DNA of 64,000 bases from the human T2T-CHM13v2.0 reference genome, Homo sapiens. The stretch lies in NCBI GenBank assembly GCA_009914755.4, contig CP068257.2:2656001-2720000 (forward strand), written 5' to 3'. The notes under the pieces were generated by a model, which saw only the letters and a list, made by a program, of their open reading frames with translations, made no database searches and was not told where the DNA came from. This document shows positions 1 to 13,420 of the stretch, in pieces; within the stretch, counting starts at the first letter, position 1, and each line of letters begins with the position of its first letter. Position numbers and translations under genes: made by a program.

Positions 1-3000
1 ACTTATCAAAAGACTCAGAGTATATTTTTTCATATTGATAAATTTCTAACCAGAGCCCTATTTACTCGTGTCTTGAAAAACAGAGTATTTGCAAATATGT
101 CTGAAGAGGGAAGAGAAAGAAAATGATTCCAAAAAAGCTGATAACATTAAGACAGCTTTTTTTAGAAGATGTACATTTGCAACCACAAATCAAAAACTTA
201 TAGGAGATACAAAAAATGTGAAGAAAAATAAATGAAACCAAACCACTACAAGAAATAACCAAACTAAGAAGACAGCAAGAGAGGGGAAAAAAAAGAACTG
301 CAAAACATATGAAAAACAATTAACAAAATTCAAGTTACTCCTTACCTATCAACAAGACTTTAAATGTGAAAGGATTAAACTATCTAATTAAAAGACATAG
401 AGTGGCACAATGCATAAAAGATACTCATCAGTACATATTTATAAGGGAGTCACTTTAGATATAAAGATACATAGAGGCTCAAAGTGAAGGGATGGGAAAA
501 GATACTCTATGCCAATGGTAACCAAAAAAGAACAAGGGTATCTATACTTAGATCAGAAAAAGTAAACTTGAAATCAAAAACTGTCACTAGAGACTAAGAA
601 GGTCATTATATAATGATAAAAGTTCACTTCAATGGGAAGATTATAAATATATATCCACCCAACATTAGAACACCTAAATATATAAAGTTAATATCAACAA
701 AGCTAAGGGGAGAAATCAGTAACACTAAAATAATAGTAGCCAACTTCTGTACCCCAAATTCAATAATGGATAGAACATCTAGGCAGGAATAAAAAAAAGG
801 AAACAGCTGACTTGAACAACACAGTAGATTAAACACTGACATATACAAAACTTTCTATCCAACAGCAGCAGAATATACATTCTTCTCAAGTGCACACAGA
901 ATATTCTCTGAGATAGATCAAATCTTAGGTCACGAGGCATCCTACAAATTTAAGAAGTTTGATATAATGCCAAGTATCTTCTCAGACAACAATGGAATAA
1001 AATTAGAAGTCAATAACAAAGAAAAGAGAAACATTTACAAAAATGCAGAAACTAAACAACACACTCTTCAACTACCATTGGGTAAAAGAAGAAATCAAAA
1101 GGGAATTTTTAAAATATATTGAGACAAACAAAAATGAACATACAACTCAACAAAACTTACAGGATGCAGCAAAAGAAGTGCTAAGAGGGAAATGTTACAG
1201 TGATAAATACCTATATTAAAAAATAAGAAAGATCTCATTCGAAAAACCTAATTTTACAAATAAACAATTAGAAAAAGTAAAACAAACTAAACCCAAAGTT
1301 AACATAATGAAGTAAATAATAAAGATTAGAATATAAATAAAATAACTATAAAATAAAAAACAATAGAAAAATCAACAAAGCTAGAGTTGAATTTTTGGAA
1401 ATACAAACAAAAATAACAAACTCTTAGGTACACAAAGAAAAAAGGAGAAACTCAAGTAAATATAATCAGAAATGAAAATGGACACATTATAACAAATGTA
1501 CAGGAATACAAATGATTATAAAGGACAATTAAGCAATTATATGCCAATAAATTGGATAACTTAAAGAAATAGATAAATTCTTAGAAAGATGCAATCTACC
1601 AAGGTGGGACAAAAAAGAAGTAGAACAGACCAAAAGCAAGCAAAGAGATTTAATCAGTAATCAAAAATTTCCCAACAAAGAAAAACCCAGGTGCAGATGC
1701 TTTCATGGGCAACTTCTACCAAACATTCAAAGAAGAACTAACACCAAAATGTCTTAAACTCTTCAGAAAAAATAGAAGAGAGAATAGTCCCAATCTCATT
1801 TCATGAGGCCGATGTTACCATAACTTAAAAGCTAGACGAAGACAACACAATAAGAAATAATTACAGACCAGTATCCTTAATGAATACAGGTGCAAAAATT
1901 CTCAATAAAATACAAAATAACAAACTGAATTCAAAAGCACATTGAAAAGGTCATACACCATGACCAATTGGAATTTATCTATGGGATACAAGGATGTTTC
2001 AGTGTGTAAAAATTAATAATGTGGTATACCACATTAACAGAATGAAAGACAAAAATAACATTCCAATAGATGCAGAAAACACATTTGACAAAATTCAATA
2101 TACTTTTATGATAAAACTCTCAACAAAATAAGTATACAAGAAACTTACCTCAACACTATAAAGGCTGTATATGAAAAACCTATATCTAATATTATAATCA
2201 ATGGGGAAAGACTGAAAGCTTTTTCTTTAATATCTGGAACAAGACAAGGATGTCTAACCTCATCACTCCTATTCAACATAGTACTGGAAGTCCTAGCCAG
2301 AACAATCAGGCAAGAGAAATAAAAGGGATCAAAATTGAAAGGAAAGATATAGTTACCTCTGTTAACAGAAGACATGATTATTATACATTGAAAACTCTAA
2401 AGACTCCAAAGAAAATGGTTAGAAATAATACAGTCAGTCTTTCATATCTGCTGGGGATTTGTTTCAGGACCCCCTCAGATAACAAAATCTGTGATGATCA
2501 ACTCCCCCACATAAAATCGTGTACAGTTGGCCCTATGTATCCATGGGTCCACATCTGGGGATTCAAACCACCACAGATGGAAAATATGTACACGTTAGGT
2601 TCATGGTTGATTGAGTTTATGGTTGCAGAACCCATTGATATGAAGGACTGACTATATAATAAATTTTCTAAAGTCGTAGGATACACAATTGACCTACAAA
2701 AATCATTGCTATTTCTAAACACTAACAATGAATTGTCTGAAAGGGAAATTTAAAAAACAGTATCAAATAAACTACTTTGGAACTAACTAACCAAAGAAGT
2801 GAAAGACTTAAACACTACAAATTATAAAAGATTGATGACAGAAATTTAAATCAAAGTAAATTGAAAGACAACCCATGGATTGAAAGAGTTAGTACTGTAT
2901 TATTAAAGTGTACATATTACTCAAAGCAATCTACACATTTAATGTAATCCATATCAAAATCCCAATGGTATTTCTCACAGAAATAGAAAAAAAAATCCTA

Positions 3001-4860
3001 AAATTCATATAGAATCACAAAAATCCCTGAGTGGCTGAAGCTATTTTGAGGAAGAACAAAGCTGCAGGTATCACACTTCCTGACTTCAAATTACAAAGCT
3101 GTAGAAAGAAAAACACTGTGGTATTGGCATAAAAACAGACACATAAACCAGTGAAACAAAATAGAGAACCTAGGCATAACCCACACATTTGCAGCCATTT
3201 GTCACCCTGGAAGGTGACAAGGAGACACTATAGGCAGAGGATATGCTCTTGACCAAATGGTGTTAGGAAAGCTGGATATCTACATGTAAAAGAATGAAGT
3301 CGGATCCCTAGCTCACGCCTTATGTAAAAATTAACTCAGAATGGATTAAACGTTTTAAATCTAATCACTGAAACCATAAAACTTCTGGAAGAAGACAGGA
3401 GAAAACATTCTTGACATTGGTCTTGGCAATAATTTCTTTAGATATGATGCCAAAAGCACAGGCAACAAAGGCAAAATAGATAAATGAATTACATCGAACT
3501 AAAAAGCTTCTGCACAGCAAAGAAAACAACTAATGAAATGATAAGGCAACCTATGAAATGGGGAAAATGTTTGTAAACCATATCTCTTATAAGGAGTTCA
3601 AAAAATAAGGACACATACACATCAATTCCAAAATTATAAATAACCTAATTTTATTTTAAGGAAAAGGACCTAAATAAATACATCTCAAAAGAAGAAATTC
3701 AAATGGCTAACAGGTATAAGAAAATATGCTCAACATCTCTAAACTTCAGAGTAATGCAAATCAAAACCACAATGAGATATCATGTCACACCTGTTAAAAT
3801 GGCTATTATCAAAAAGAGAAAAGTTAAGTGTTGGTAAGAATGTGGAGAAAAGGAAACCATTATACACTATTGATGGGAATGCAAATTAGTAAAACACAGA
3901 AAACAGTATTGAGGTTCCTCCAAAAAAAATTGAAAATAGCACTGGCCTGGTGTGGTGGCTCACACCTGTAATCCCAGGATTTGAGGAAGCCAAGGCAGTA
4001 GGCCAGGAGCTCCAGACCAGCCTGGGTAACATAGCAAGACCCCATCTCTGAAAAAAAAATTAAAATTAGCCAGACATGGTGTTGTACGCCTGTAGTCCAA
4101 TCTACTCAGGAGGCTGAGGTAGGAGGATCGCTGATGCCCAGGAGTTCAAGGCTGCAGTGAGCTATGATCTTACCACTGGACTTTACCCTGGATGACAGAG
4201 TGAGACCCGGTTTCAAAAATAAAAAAAAAGAGAACTACCACATAATCCAATAATTTCACTTCTGGATATATGTCCAGTGAAATTGACATAATAGTCTTAG
4301 AGAGGTGGCTGTCATCCCCTGTTCATTGCAGCATGACACACAATGACCAAAATATGAAAATAACCTAAATGTCCTTTGACAGAGGAACAGATGAATGGGT
4401 AAAGAAAATGTAGCGTGTATACTTAAAATGAAATATTATACAACCTTGAAAAAGAAGGAAATCCTTCTATTTGTGAAAACATGGATGGAGCTGGAAGATA
4501 TTGCGCCAAGCAAAAATGCAAGACATAGAGACAAATACTTCATGATCTCACACACATGTGGAATCTACAACAGTCAAATTCATAAAAACAGAGAATAGGA
4601 CAGTGGTTGCCAGGGGCTCAGGGAGGGGAAATGGGGTGATGTTAATTAAATTGTGCAATGTTCAAGTTATAATAAATTCTGGAGATATAATGTACAACGT
4701 GGAACAACACTGTATCATATTCTTGTGTTCTGATAAAGGACTAGATCATAAATTAATTACTGTCAACACACAATGGTCAATATGTAGAGATAATATGCTA
4801 ATTTGTTTGATTGTGGTGATCATTTCAAAAAGTATAGAAATATCAAAACATTAAGTTACC
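1..4860 (+). mobile_element. Old primate LINE-1 (L1PB/L1MA-like), from the ORF2 start region through the 3' UTR, heavily mutated with stop-riddled frames
   Basis: Colinear similarity to L1 ORF2. The endonuclease region lies near 600-1200, the RT region near 1700-2700 and the C-terminal region near 3700-3930. It ends with a typical old-L1 3' UTR (GGTTGCCAGGGGCTCAGGGAGGGGAAATGGGG ... TCAAAACATTAAGTTACC) at about 4600-4860. All frames are broken. Confidence 0.8.
3944..4229 (+). mobile_element. Alu SINE nested inside the L1
   Basis: Starts GGCCTGGTGTGGTGGCTCACACCTGTAATCCCAGGA. It has the dimeric Alu structure with an A-rich linker and a terminal poly(A) at about 4205-4229. L1 sequence resumes on both sides. 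Confidence 0.9.
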
Positions 4861-5079
4861 TTAGATTTATACAATTTGTATGGGTCATTTTATCATCATA
4901 AAGCTGTAAGAAAGATTTAGTAAATCATGTCTACAACCTGGGAACTTTCTCATGACAGGGAGGGCTGGAGTAGGAAAATGGAATTTTGCAACAAGGATAG
5001 GGTGAGGGACATGGGAAATGATTGATCAAGTATTTAAGAAATGACCTGGGTGGAAGCTACATCAAAGGGTATGAGTTTA

Positions 5080-5480
5080 GAGCGTCAGTCCTCAAACTTT
5101 TTGGTTTCAGGAACACTTTACATTTTTAAAAGTTATTGAGGACCCCAAAGAGGTTTTATTTATTTGGATTATATCTATCTATATTTATCATATTAAACAT
5201 TAAAACTGAGAAATTAAAAAAATAAAATAATATACTTATATGTTTACATAAATCACATTTTTATTGAAAGTTATAATTTTTAAGCAGAAAAGTTGGTGAG
5301 AACATTGACATTGTTTTATATCTTTAGGTATGTCTTTAATGTCTGGTTTAATAGAAGAAAACTTGGTTCTCCTTTCTGCTTCTATGTTTAATTTCTTGTG
5401 ACATCCCATGTCAGGTAGCCTCTGGGAAACTCCAATTATACTTGTGAGAGAATGAAAGTGGAAAAGGTAAACAAAACCTG
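5080..5480. mobile_element. Probable non-autonomous DNA transposon fragment (Tigger/MER-like)
   Basis: Contains the motif CAGTCCTCAAACTTTTTGGTTTCAGGAACACTTTACATTTTTAAAAGTTATTGAGGACCCCAAAGAG, which I recall from Tigger-family terminal regions. It is followed by AT-rich internal sequence. Family assignment is from memory only. Confidence 0.3.
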
Positions 5481-5960
5481 TGTATTTTTATGAAAAGGCT
5501 TTTGACCTTGCAGAGCCCCTGGAAGGGACTCAGGGACTTCTCAGGGTTCTCTGGCTCATGTGTTCACAGAGTAGAGGGTAAGCCCGCAAGAGAAAGCAGT
5601 GATTGGCTGTGGGAGGTCTTGCTGAGAGGTGGTAGAGAAGTTGAAAGTGTAGAAAGCATGGTCGTTGTTTTCATTTCTTTTCCCTTTCCTTTGGCCTCTT
5701 GTTGCTGGGATTTCCTCTTTAGATGATCGTATCATAAATTAGAAACGGCATTAATGAACATTCTTGATACTGCCTAATGAAAGTTTTTGTTTTGTCTTCC
5801 TGAGTCTTGATACATTTCAAGAAGTCTTCTATCTCATTTATTTTTCCCACCCCAATTTGGAATTTAGGAAGAGTCGATGTAGCTATATTTAGATGATTTA
5901 TCTCCCTGAAGACATTTTGGGATCATTTATAAATCTCTATAAACAATGCTCTGATGTCCC

Positions 5961-6265
5961 TTTATTTTGTTTAGAGACTGGGTCTTGCTGTGTTGTCTGG
6001 AGTGGTGTGGCTCGATCGTAGCTCACAATACACAACGCAATCAAACTCCTGGGCTCAAAGTGATCCTTCCACTCAGCCTCCACAGTAGCTAGGTCTGCAG
6101 GTGTGTGCCAGCACGCCTAGTTTTTGATTACTATTATTATTTTTGTAGAAATGGGGGTTTCATTATGCTGCCCAGGCTGGTCTTCCAACTCCTGGCCTCA
6201 AGCGATCCTCCTGCCTTCCGCCGTCTGAGGAGCTGAGATTACAGGTGTAAGCCACCATGCTGGTC
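5961..6265 (-). mobile_element. Alu SINE (antisense)
   Basis: Reverse-complement Alu: GAGACTGGGTCTTGCTGTGTTGTCTGGAGTGGTGTGGCTCGATCGTAGCTCAC ... CTGAGATTACAGGTGTAAGCCACCATGCTGGTCC. Confidence 0.9.
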
Positions 6266-6330
6266 CTGATGTCATTTAAATACAAACATGATACTATATT
6301 CCTTGTAGAAAGTGCTACATAAAGATAATT

Positions 6331-6612
6331 TTTTTGACATAAGATCTTACTCCCTCACCCAGGCTGGAATGCAGTGGTATGATCACACCCACTGCAGCCT
6401 TGACCTCCTGGGCTTAAGTGATCCTCCCACCTCAACCTTCCAAGTAGCTGGGACCTGAGGTATGAGCCACCAAGCCCAGCGAATTTTTCAAATTTTTGGT
6501 AAAGATCGGCGTGTCACTGTGTTGCCCAGGCTGGTCTTGAACTCTTGGGCTCAAGTTACCCTCCTCCCAGGTCTCCCAAAGTGCTGGGATTACAGACCTG
6601 AAGCACTGCACA
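6331..6612 (-). mobile_element. Alu SINE (antisense), second copy about 65 bp downstream of the first
   Basis: A poly(T) start, then ACTCCCTCACCCAGGCTGGAATGCAGTGGTATGATCACACCCACTGCAGCCTTGACCTCCTGGGCTTAAGTGATCCTCCCACCTCAACCTTCCAAGTAGCTGGGA ... CCCAAAGTGCTGGGATTACAGACCTGAAGCACTGCACAGG. Confidence 0.9.
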
Positions 6613-9600
6613 GGGTCCTAAAAATTCATTCACTTTCTTTGTTTGTCCACAAGGTGCTGCTGTTTCCCTTCTAATAACATGAGACAGCTCACTCAAGAAC
6701 ATCAAGAACACGATATTCTCTAAAAAAAATCACAGTAGTTCCTTTTCCATAACTATTAAGTTTTCAGGGTGTTATCAGGTTTATCTCATAGAAAGAATGT
6801 GTAAAATTTTTCATGTAGAAACATAATCTTTTAGCAATGAGTTACTTAAAAAATTTGGCATTGTCAGAATGAAGATTTCCTTTTCCCTATAATTTTATTA
6901 TAATTATATTTTTAATGATATCAATTGCTGTATAAAAACTCATTACATTATATACCCAATGACTGTGAAATCGTCTGCTTTGAAGCACAGTGAAATCATC
7001 AATCAGCATACTGGGTCTAACACGGATCCTTCCATTTTAAGAAAGCTATTTACACTCCAATTTGCAAGTTGGACTTTACAAAAATTAAAACATTTAGAAA
7101 ATATAGTAACTATGATTGCTTTAAAAAGTAATGGCTTTTTATGGTAAGGAAATAAATTGAAGCTCTGTGTTGGAAAGTGCAGAAAACAAATCAGCACTCT
7201 TTATAAATAGATTTTACTGCTGGTTTAGAAATTACCTTATGTGCTTTATAGATGATGGAAAATAAAATCAGCTGCAGTTAGCAGTGTGCATGCATCGTAT
7301 TTTCTGTGTCACTTTCAGAAAGATTATGGAATATTGGCAGGTCAGGATTCTCAAAATGATAAGTTCTAAGAAGAGGCTAAATGAAAAAGAATTTTAAAAG
7401 CAAGCCTAGTTGTTTAACATATACATGGACTAGTTATGGGGAAATCCTGGACTAGAAGCTAGCAGACCTATGTTCTGACTTTTACTAAGTCATTGGCTGC
7501 TACAGCCGGCCAAGCAGACATAACTGCCAAGGCTGCCTGGGAGTTGCATTGATTGGCAATTGGCACAGGGAGAGAGGACAACTGCCAGAGTAATGGCCAA
7601 ATATTCAGGGTTTCATGTTCAGTGAAGCAGGACGTGCCTTTGTATCCCAAGGTCAAAACTGACGCTAGAATCTGGACCTCCTGGCTGAATGCGAGTCTAC
7701 AGTCTGATGAGTACGATGAAGTAGTCTCAGAAATCCAAGCCAGCCAGAACCCATGAGGTGTTCTCTGCAGATATTGGCTGGTGAGCTGCATTAAGATGTT
7801 TTATTCCATTGAGAAAGCATTCCTTGATTCGTTAGGTTAGCATCCCACAAGAGCAGAGACAAATTCTTCAGAATTTGTCCATGAGGCTATAGTCCCAGAG
7901 CTTATATTTCAAGGGAGGAGGGAGGAAACAGCATCTCAGGATGGTAGGTGATTACAGCTAAACGGAATTCTGAAAATAAAAGGAACCCTATGTCTTTGTC
8001 TGCTCAGGCTGCTGCTACAAACAACTGTAGACTGAGTGGCTTAAACAGCACATACTTGTTTCTCACAGTTGTGGAAATTCAAAGATTAAAATCTGGGCCA
8101 GCAGAGCCAGTGTCTGGTGAAGGCCATCTTACTGGTTTGCAGGTGTTCTTGTTGTATCTTCACATGGCTGAGAGAAGAGGGCTCTAGTCTCCTACTCTTC
8201 TTATTAGGATGCTAACCCCATTGTGGAACTCCATCCTCATCAAAACCAAATTACTTTCCAAAGGTTCTCCTTCTAATGCCATTCTATTGTAAGATTTTCA
8301 ACATGTGCATTTGTTGATGCAAACATGCAGTGCACAGCAACTAATCTAATCAAATCAGTTGTCCCTTGAATAAAATTCTAGCTCCTATAACAAGACTTAA
8401 AATTATGACTTGGTTGTTGCCAAAACTGTCTATCTGGATTTGCTGGAAATCAAACGTACTTGAATATTTCCTCTAAAGATTTTCTCATTCCTTCCTTATT
8501 ATGTATATTTACAGAATCCTTAAATAATTACATACACAAGGCTTCTATTAGCTCTGACGAGAGCTTCTATTAGCTTTGACTATTGCAAGCAGCTTTATAG
8601 CAGTGTAGGTAAAACCATGTGCTTTGAAATCTTACAATAAATTTATTAAATGCTAAGCACTTTATATTCGCTATTTAATTTTATCATCTTAATCACCTTC
8701 ATTATTACCTCCATTAAACCCTATTTGTTGGCTACTTATATTATTCTGATTTTGCAAATCTAAATTTGAGAGGCTTTCCCAATGTCACATAAGTTAATAA
8801 GAGGCATAGCTGGGGTTTGAATTAAAGTCTACCTGATTCCAAGATCTATTTACCATTTTTCTACAATATGTACTTTTTAGGTCCCTGAGAATGCTAACAG
8901 CCTTTCTTTTGAAATCTGCCTTCTTTCTGGATAGCAGCTTTATTAATATGTGATTAGGGCACCATATTTCAGGCAACAAATTCTTTGAAATCTTTCATTT
9001 CTATAGTGAGATAAGGCACTGTGGCACTGTCAGCCAGAAAACATCATTTGGAGACTACCTTGTACAAGAAGTAGAAGACACAGCTGGGGGCCTGTGGAGG
9101 ACAGAAAGCTCACAGCTTCTGTCCATACCCCTTTTACTTCCTCCTCAAGGAGATGGACCTCTGTGGTTGGTCAATCTTAAGGATCTTTTATGGGCCACAG
9201 CTAATGGTGAAATCTTCCTAACTCTAGGTGAAGATTAATGGGCAAGTTGGAGAGTTAAGGTAGCTTGTGCCTGCTCCTTTTAGAAGAAAGTCTGATCATT
9301 GCTCTCTTATTTGTGGAACCCCTCTGTTTCCCCAAATGCTTGGTAAGACAAGCCTGAAGACCAATCCTGTGTCAGTAGACTTCATATCTACTCTCTTCTA
9401 CCAATCACACAACTACAGACAAATAAGAAAAATAAAACAAAGCTCAGACACACTCCGCTGGCACGGAGGCCACTCTGCAGCTGGCTGCTTTTCTCTACCC
9501 TGGCGCTTCCTGGGCATTTGGCTCTTTCTTAGATCAAACCGAGACATGGGTTTGGGATTAAAGAGAAGTAGGTGAAAGGGGTCTCTGGCCTGTTTTGGCA

Positions 9601-10089
9601 TTAGGCCAAGTAAATAACAGAGTTCTGGCTTAAGCTCAGCTCTGTGGAGCTTTCTCTGTGTTTGGGGAAAATCTCCGATAGTAATGAAGTGGTATTTTAC
9701 TGTGCTTCGTTTTCTGTACATATATCTCTCTCTTAGGTATGTTGTGAGGAGATTCGTTCCCTGGACAAATACCATCTTAATCACCTTCATTATTACCAAT
9801 TTTATTTTACTTGCAGAATTAAAATTTAAATAGACATTCAGGAAACAATTCTGGTGAGACAATTATGTTATGAGGTTAATCTTTCAGCATCTGCCTTAGG
9901 GACATTGATTATTTTCCCCCTTTTTTTTCACCAAGCTCCAGGCTTGCAAAAGAATTGTGATGTGGTCTGAGGCAAACTTACTGATTGGCTAGTGGTAAGT
10001 TAAACCGTAACCTGTAGGACCACTGGGAACCATTGCTTGCCACCGGCCAGAAATCCACTGTTTGGAGGTGTGCGCTGAGAAGGCTATTC

Positions 10090-10310
10090 ATACTTATTGA
10101 TACATGCTTTGTTCTTGGCACTATGTTAAGTACTGGACACATGCAACAATTTGGAATATCGTTACATTCAACCCTCACAATAGTCTGATGTATATGTTAT
10201 TAGTCCCGTATTAGAGATGAGTAAACAAGATTGGAGGAAGAGAAGCACACAGCTGGAACCACACAGGTGGCACTGGGATTGGAAGCAGTTCCATCTCACC
10301 CTGGACCACC
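10090..10310 (+). mobile_element. MIR-like ancient SINE fragment
   Basis: MIR core-like segment TATTAGAGATGAGTAAACAAGATTGGAGGAAGAGAAGCACACAGCTGGAACCACACAGGTGGCACTGGGATTGGAAGCAG. Compare the MIR consensus segment ACAGATGAGGAAACTGAGGCACAGAGAG ... GGTCACACAGCTAGTAAGTGGCAGAGCTGGGATTCGAACCCAGG. Confidence 0.35.
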
Positions 10311-13084
10311 ATTTCTATGCTGTGTCTCCACTAGAGGATCCTTTCTTTGGTTCTTCTAAGTCATTAGTCACCAATAATTTATCTCCAAACTGTAGGTTTC
10401 ACAGGAAGAGATGCCACTTGAAGCTTCATGGCTTAAAATGGAGATGGAATGTGGAATATGGTGGGAAGCACCGGGAGGAGTTTATTGATAAATTTCAAGT
10501 ACTTTGTGGGGCTCTGAAAGGCTGTCTTCAAATTCTTTGTACTACTACCTCTTTCATATTAGTTCAAATGTCATATGGGTATATCTTTTGGGCTAAATTA
10601 AGGAAAATCTCCATGAAAAGTAAAAAACAAACAAAAGAACCCCAAAAGAATGGAAAGAGATACTATGAAAAATCAACTCAGATTTCTCAGAGTTTTATTA
10701 ACTCAAAGAAGCCTTGGTCCAGTTGGAAGAAGACAGAATTGATTTTGACAATCTCTAGCAAACCCTTTAGCATTCAATGCACTCTAGACCATGAGTATAA
10801 AGAAGTTCACTTAATAGGTTCACCAAATTAGTTAGTTTGTGTAGTTCAAAACGAAACAGACACACAGGACTGTGAGGTTTTGACAGGGGCGGAAGGCAAG
10901 TCTGGGTCCAGTGAGCTCAGGCAGGCCATGAAGGGGCAGGGCAGGAAAAGGACGGTGCTAGGAGGCTAGGGAACTGGCCACCTCTGTGCTGGCTGAAGAT
11001 GACAAAAATCAACACAGCTTTCTCCAAACGCTGCCCGTGCCTGATGGAATTAAACAGAGCTCTGAGAAAAACAGCACCGGGGCCGAGGATGGGTCCTGAG
11101 CTGCCTACAGTCATCAACATCTTGGCCAGTGGCTATGCATTCAGGGGCAATTTGGCTAGCTTTCTTGATCCACACTAGAAAACTCGCTTTTGAAGTGGTT
11201 TGGAAAGCTCTAAAAGGGACGTGTTTCATGCTATTGGTATTGCTGTCAAAAAGAAAAGATTCTGCTTTTCATCAGCTGTTGATTTTTGCTCTCTGTATTT
11301 CTCTAGCATCTGTTGCTGGTGGCCCTTGTTATGCTAACAAGTAGATAGTGTAGCTGCATAAGCAGAACAGAAAAGACTCTCCTGGATTCTCAGTTCCAGG
11401 CTGGCCTGGGAATAGGCTTAGGGATGTTTCAATGCTTCAATGCAGGTGAGCTGGAGATCTGTGGCAATTCTTTTGACATGAGGCTGGACATTCTTTATAG
11501 CTTCCCCAGACACAGGAATTGGCAGGGCTTGAAAAAGAATCACTGGCAGGAGGTTCATTTTCTTTATTGCTACCTCCCCAGCCATAAAACTAAAAGCTTT
11601 TTACCTAAATCAGGTTAGCCATCTTGTGGGAGTAGGAGATCATTTCTTTCAGTCTTTCCCGATTGCATTCTAGTCCTAGGATGGTTTGAACGGTCCGTTT
11701 GAATTTGAAGAGCTTTCTAGTTGACGCTTCTCATCCCCTCTCCAACCAGTCTTATTTGGTGTCATCTGCCTTTCCCCTTCCTCCCTACCAAACCTCAGAG
11801 TCTTGAAACAAAAATCTTTGTATTGTAAACTTCATCATGCTAATTTCATCACTTCAAACGAACCTTCCCTTGTTTGAGTTTCCTGCAACTGTGTGACTTA
11901 GGGTTGTCGAACTCTTTCAAATACACAGGAAAATGGAAACCTCTTTTGGTGTCTAGTGATTGTATAATAAAACATTTTCAGATGCTAATCACATGCTTTG
12001 TGCTTTGTTAATGAATGAAAAGCTAAGGATATTCTTATTTGAAAGGTTTAAAAATATAATAACTGTCATTATATCTAATTCTGTCTACATTTCTGGTGTG
12101 AAATGAGAAGTCAGGAGCCCTGCCATCTACACAGTGCATGGTTCTACCAGCTATTTCTGTGTCACTTCAAGCAAATCACTTCTTTACTGCCTTTTCTTTC
12201 TTTTTATGTAAAATGTGGATAACTCTCTCTCTCACTGAATTCACAGTGACTGTATTATGTACAACAAAATGTATTGAAAAGCATAAAGCTCTATAATTAG
12301 GTAGAATGTTTCCTGTGATTTATAAGCTTTTTAAATCCTGGGGCAGTGGAGGAAGTATTCCTCTTACTGTAAAAGGACATCCTTCTAATAATCTCCCTTC
12401 TTTTCCTGACTTTTCAGGGATTCTGTTCCTTGCTTTTCCATTTGTCATCTGCATCTTCAATCTCTCTCCTTCTTGATGCATTCTGTCAGCATTTAAATAT
12501 AAATTTTTCATTTAAAAAATCTTCTATCTTGGAGGAACCTTAACTTTGATGCTGTGTGTCTTTCTAGCTATCCAAGCCATCTCCTCCTTTCTTAGAAAAT
12601 TTTTCTCAAGGATTTTCCACATTTACTATCTCCTTTTGCTCATTTTCTTTTCACTCTTTATTCAGATCAGTTTGGCTTTCACTTTCACCAAGCCTATGAA
12701 ACTTCTTGTGCTAAGGTCACCATATAAGAGTGCTAGGGGCTTCCATCACAAGCTGCCACAGATTGAGTGGTTTATCTTCTCACAGCTCTGAAGACTGGAA
12801 ATCCAGGATGGAATGTCAGCAGGTTTGTCTTCTTCTGAGAACTGCTGCCTTGCAGATGCCTCCCTTCCTGCTGTGTCCTCAGGCTGTGTTGACTGTGTCT
12901 CAATCTATTTTTAGATGGACACCTGCCATATTGGTGTAGGGTCCACCCATGTGGCTTCATTTGACCTCACTTACCTCTTTGAATGCCTTCTCTAAATCAG
13001 TACCCTCTGAGGCAGTGGGGATCAGCTCTTCAACATAGGAATCTGGGGGGACACAATTCAGCGCCCCCAGAATTGGTGATTCCT

Positions 13085-13156
13085 AAGCATCATGACACTA
13101 TTCTTCTTTCTCTCTTTCTCTTTCTTTCTTTCTTTTTCTTTCTTTCTTTCTTTCGT

Positions 13157-13205
<49 letters not shown>

Positions 13206-13420
13206 TCTCTTTCTTTCCTCTTTCTTTTTTTCTCCCTTCTTTCCTTCCCTCCCTTTCCTTTGCTTTCCTCGCTCTCCCTTCCTTGTTTCCTTCCCTTCCC
13301 TTCCCTTTCCTTTCATTTCCTTTCCTTTCCCTTCCCTTCCCTTCCTTTCCTCGCTCTCCTTTCCTTCTTTCCTTTCCTCACTCTTCCTTCCTTCCTTCTC
13401 TCTCTTTCTCCCTTCCATTT
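13085..13420. repeat. Polypyrimidine/polypurine low-complexity tract, (TTTC)n/(TTCC)n-like, about 340 bp
   Basis: Essentially only C and T on the + strand for about 340 nt. This produces the artefactual ORFs 13092-13520 (+) and 13098-13418 (-). Confidence 0.95.

Noticed and set aside
8525-8580. Short local tandem duplications: GCTTCTATTAGCT(C/T)TGAC x2 at about 8530-8580 and ACTGGTATTTACTG x2 at about 20820-20850
   Set aside because: These are two-copy micro-duplications of about 12-25 bp, which is ordinary replication-slippage scale. They are noted only for completeness.
10217-10831. 204-aa + ORF
   Set aside because: It overlaps a MIR-like fragment and low-complexity AT-rich sequence. It has no recognisable domain and an A/K-rich tail. 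It is most likely chance; I did not promote it to a feature.
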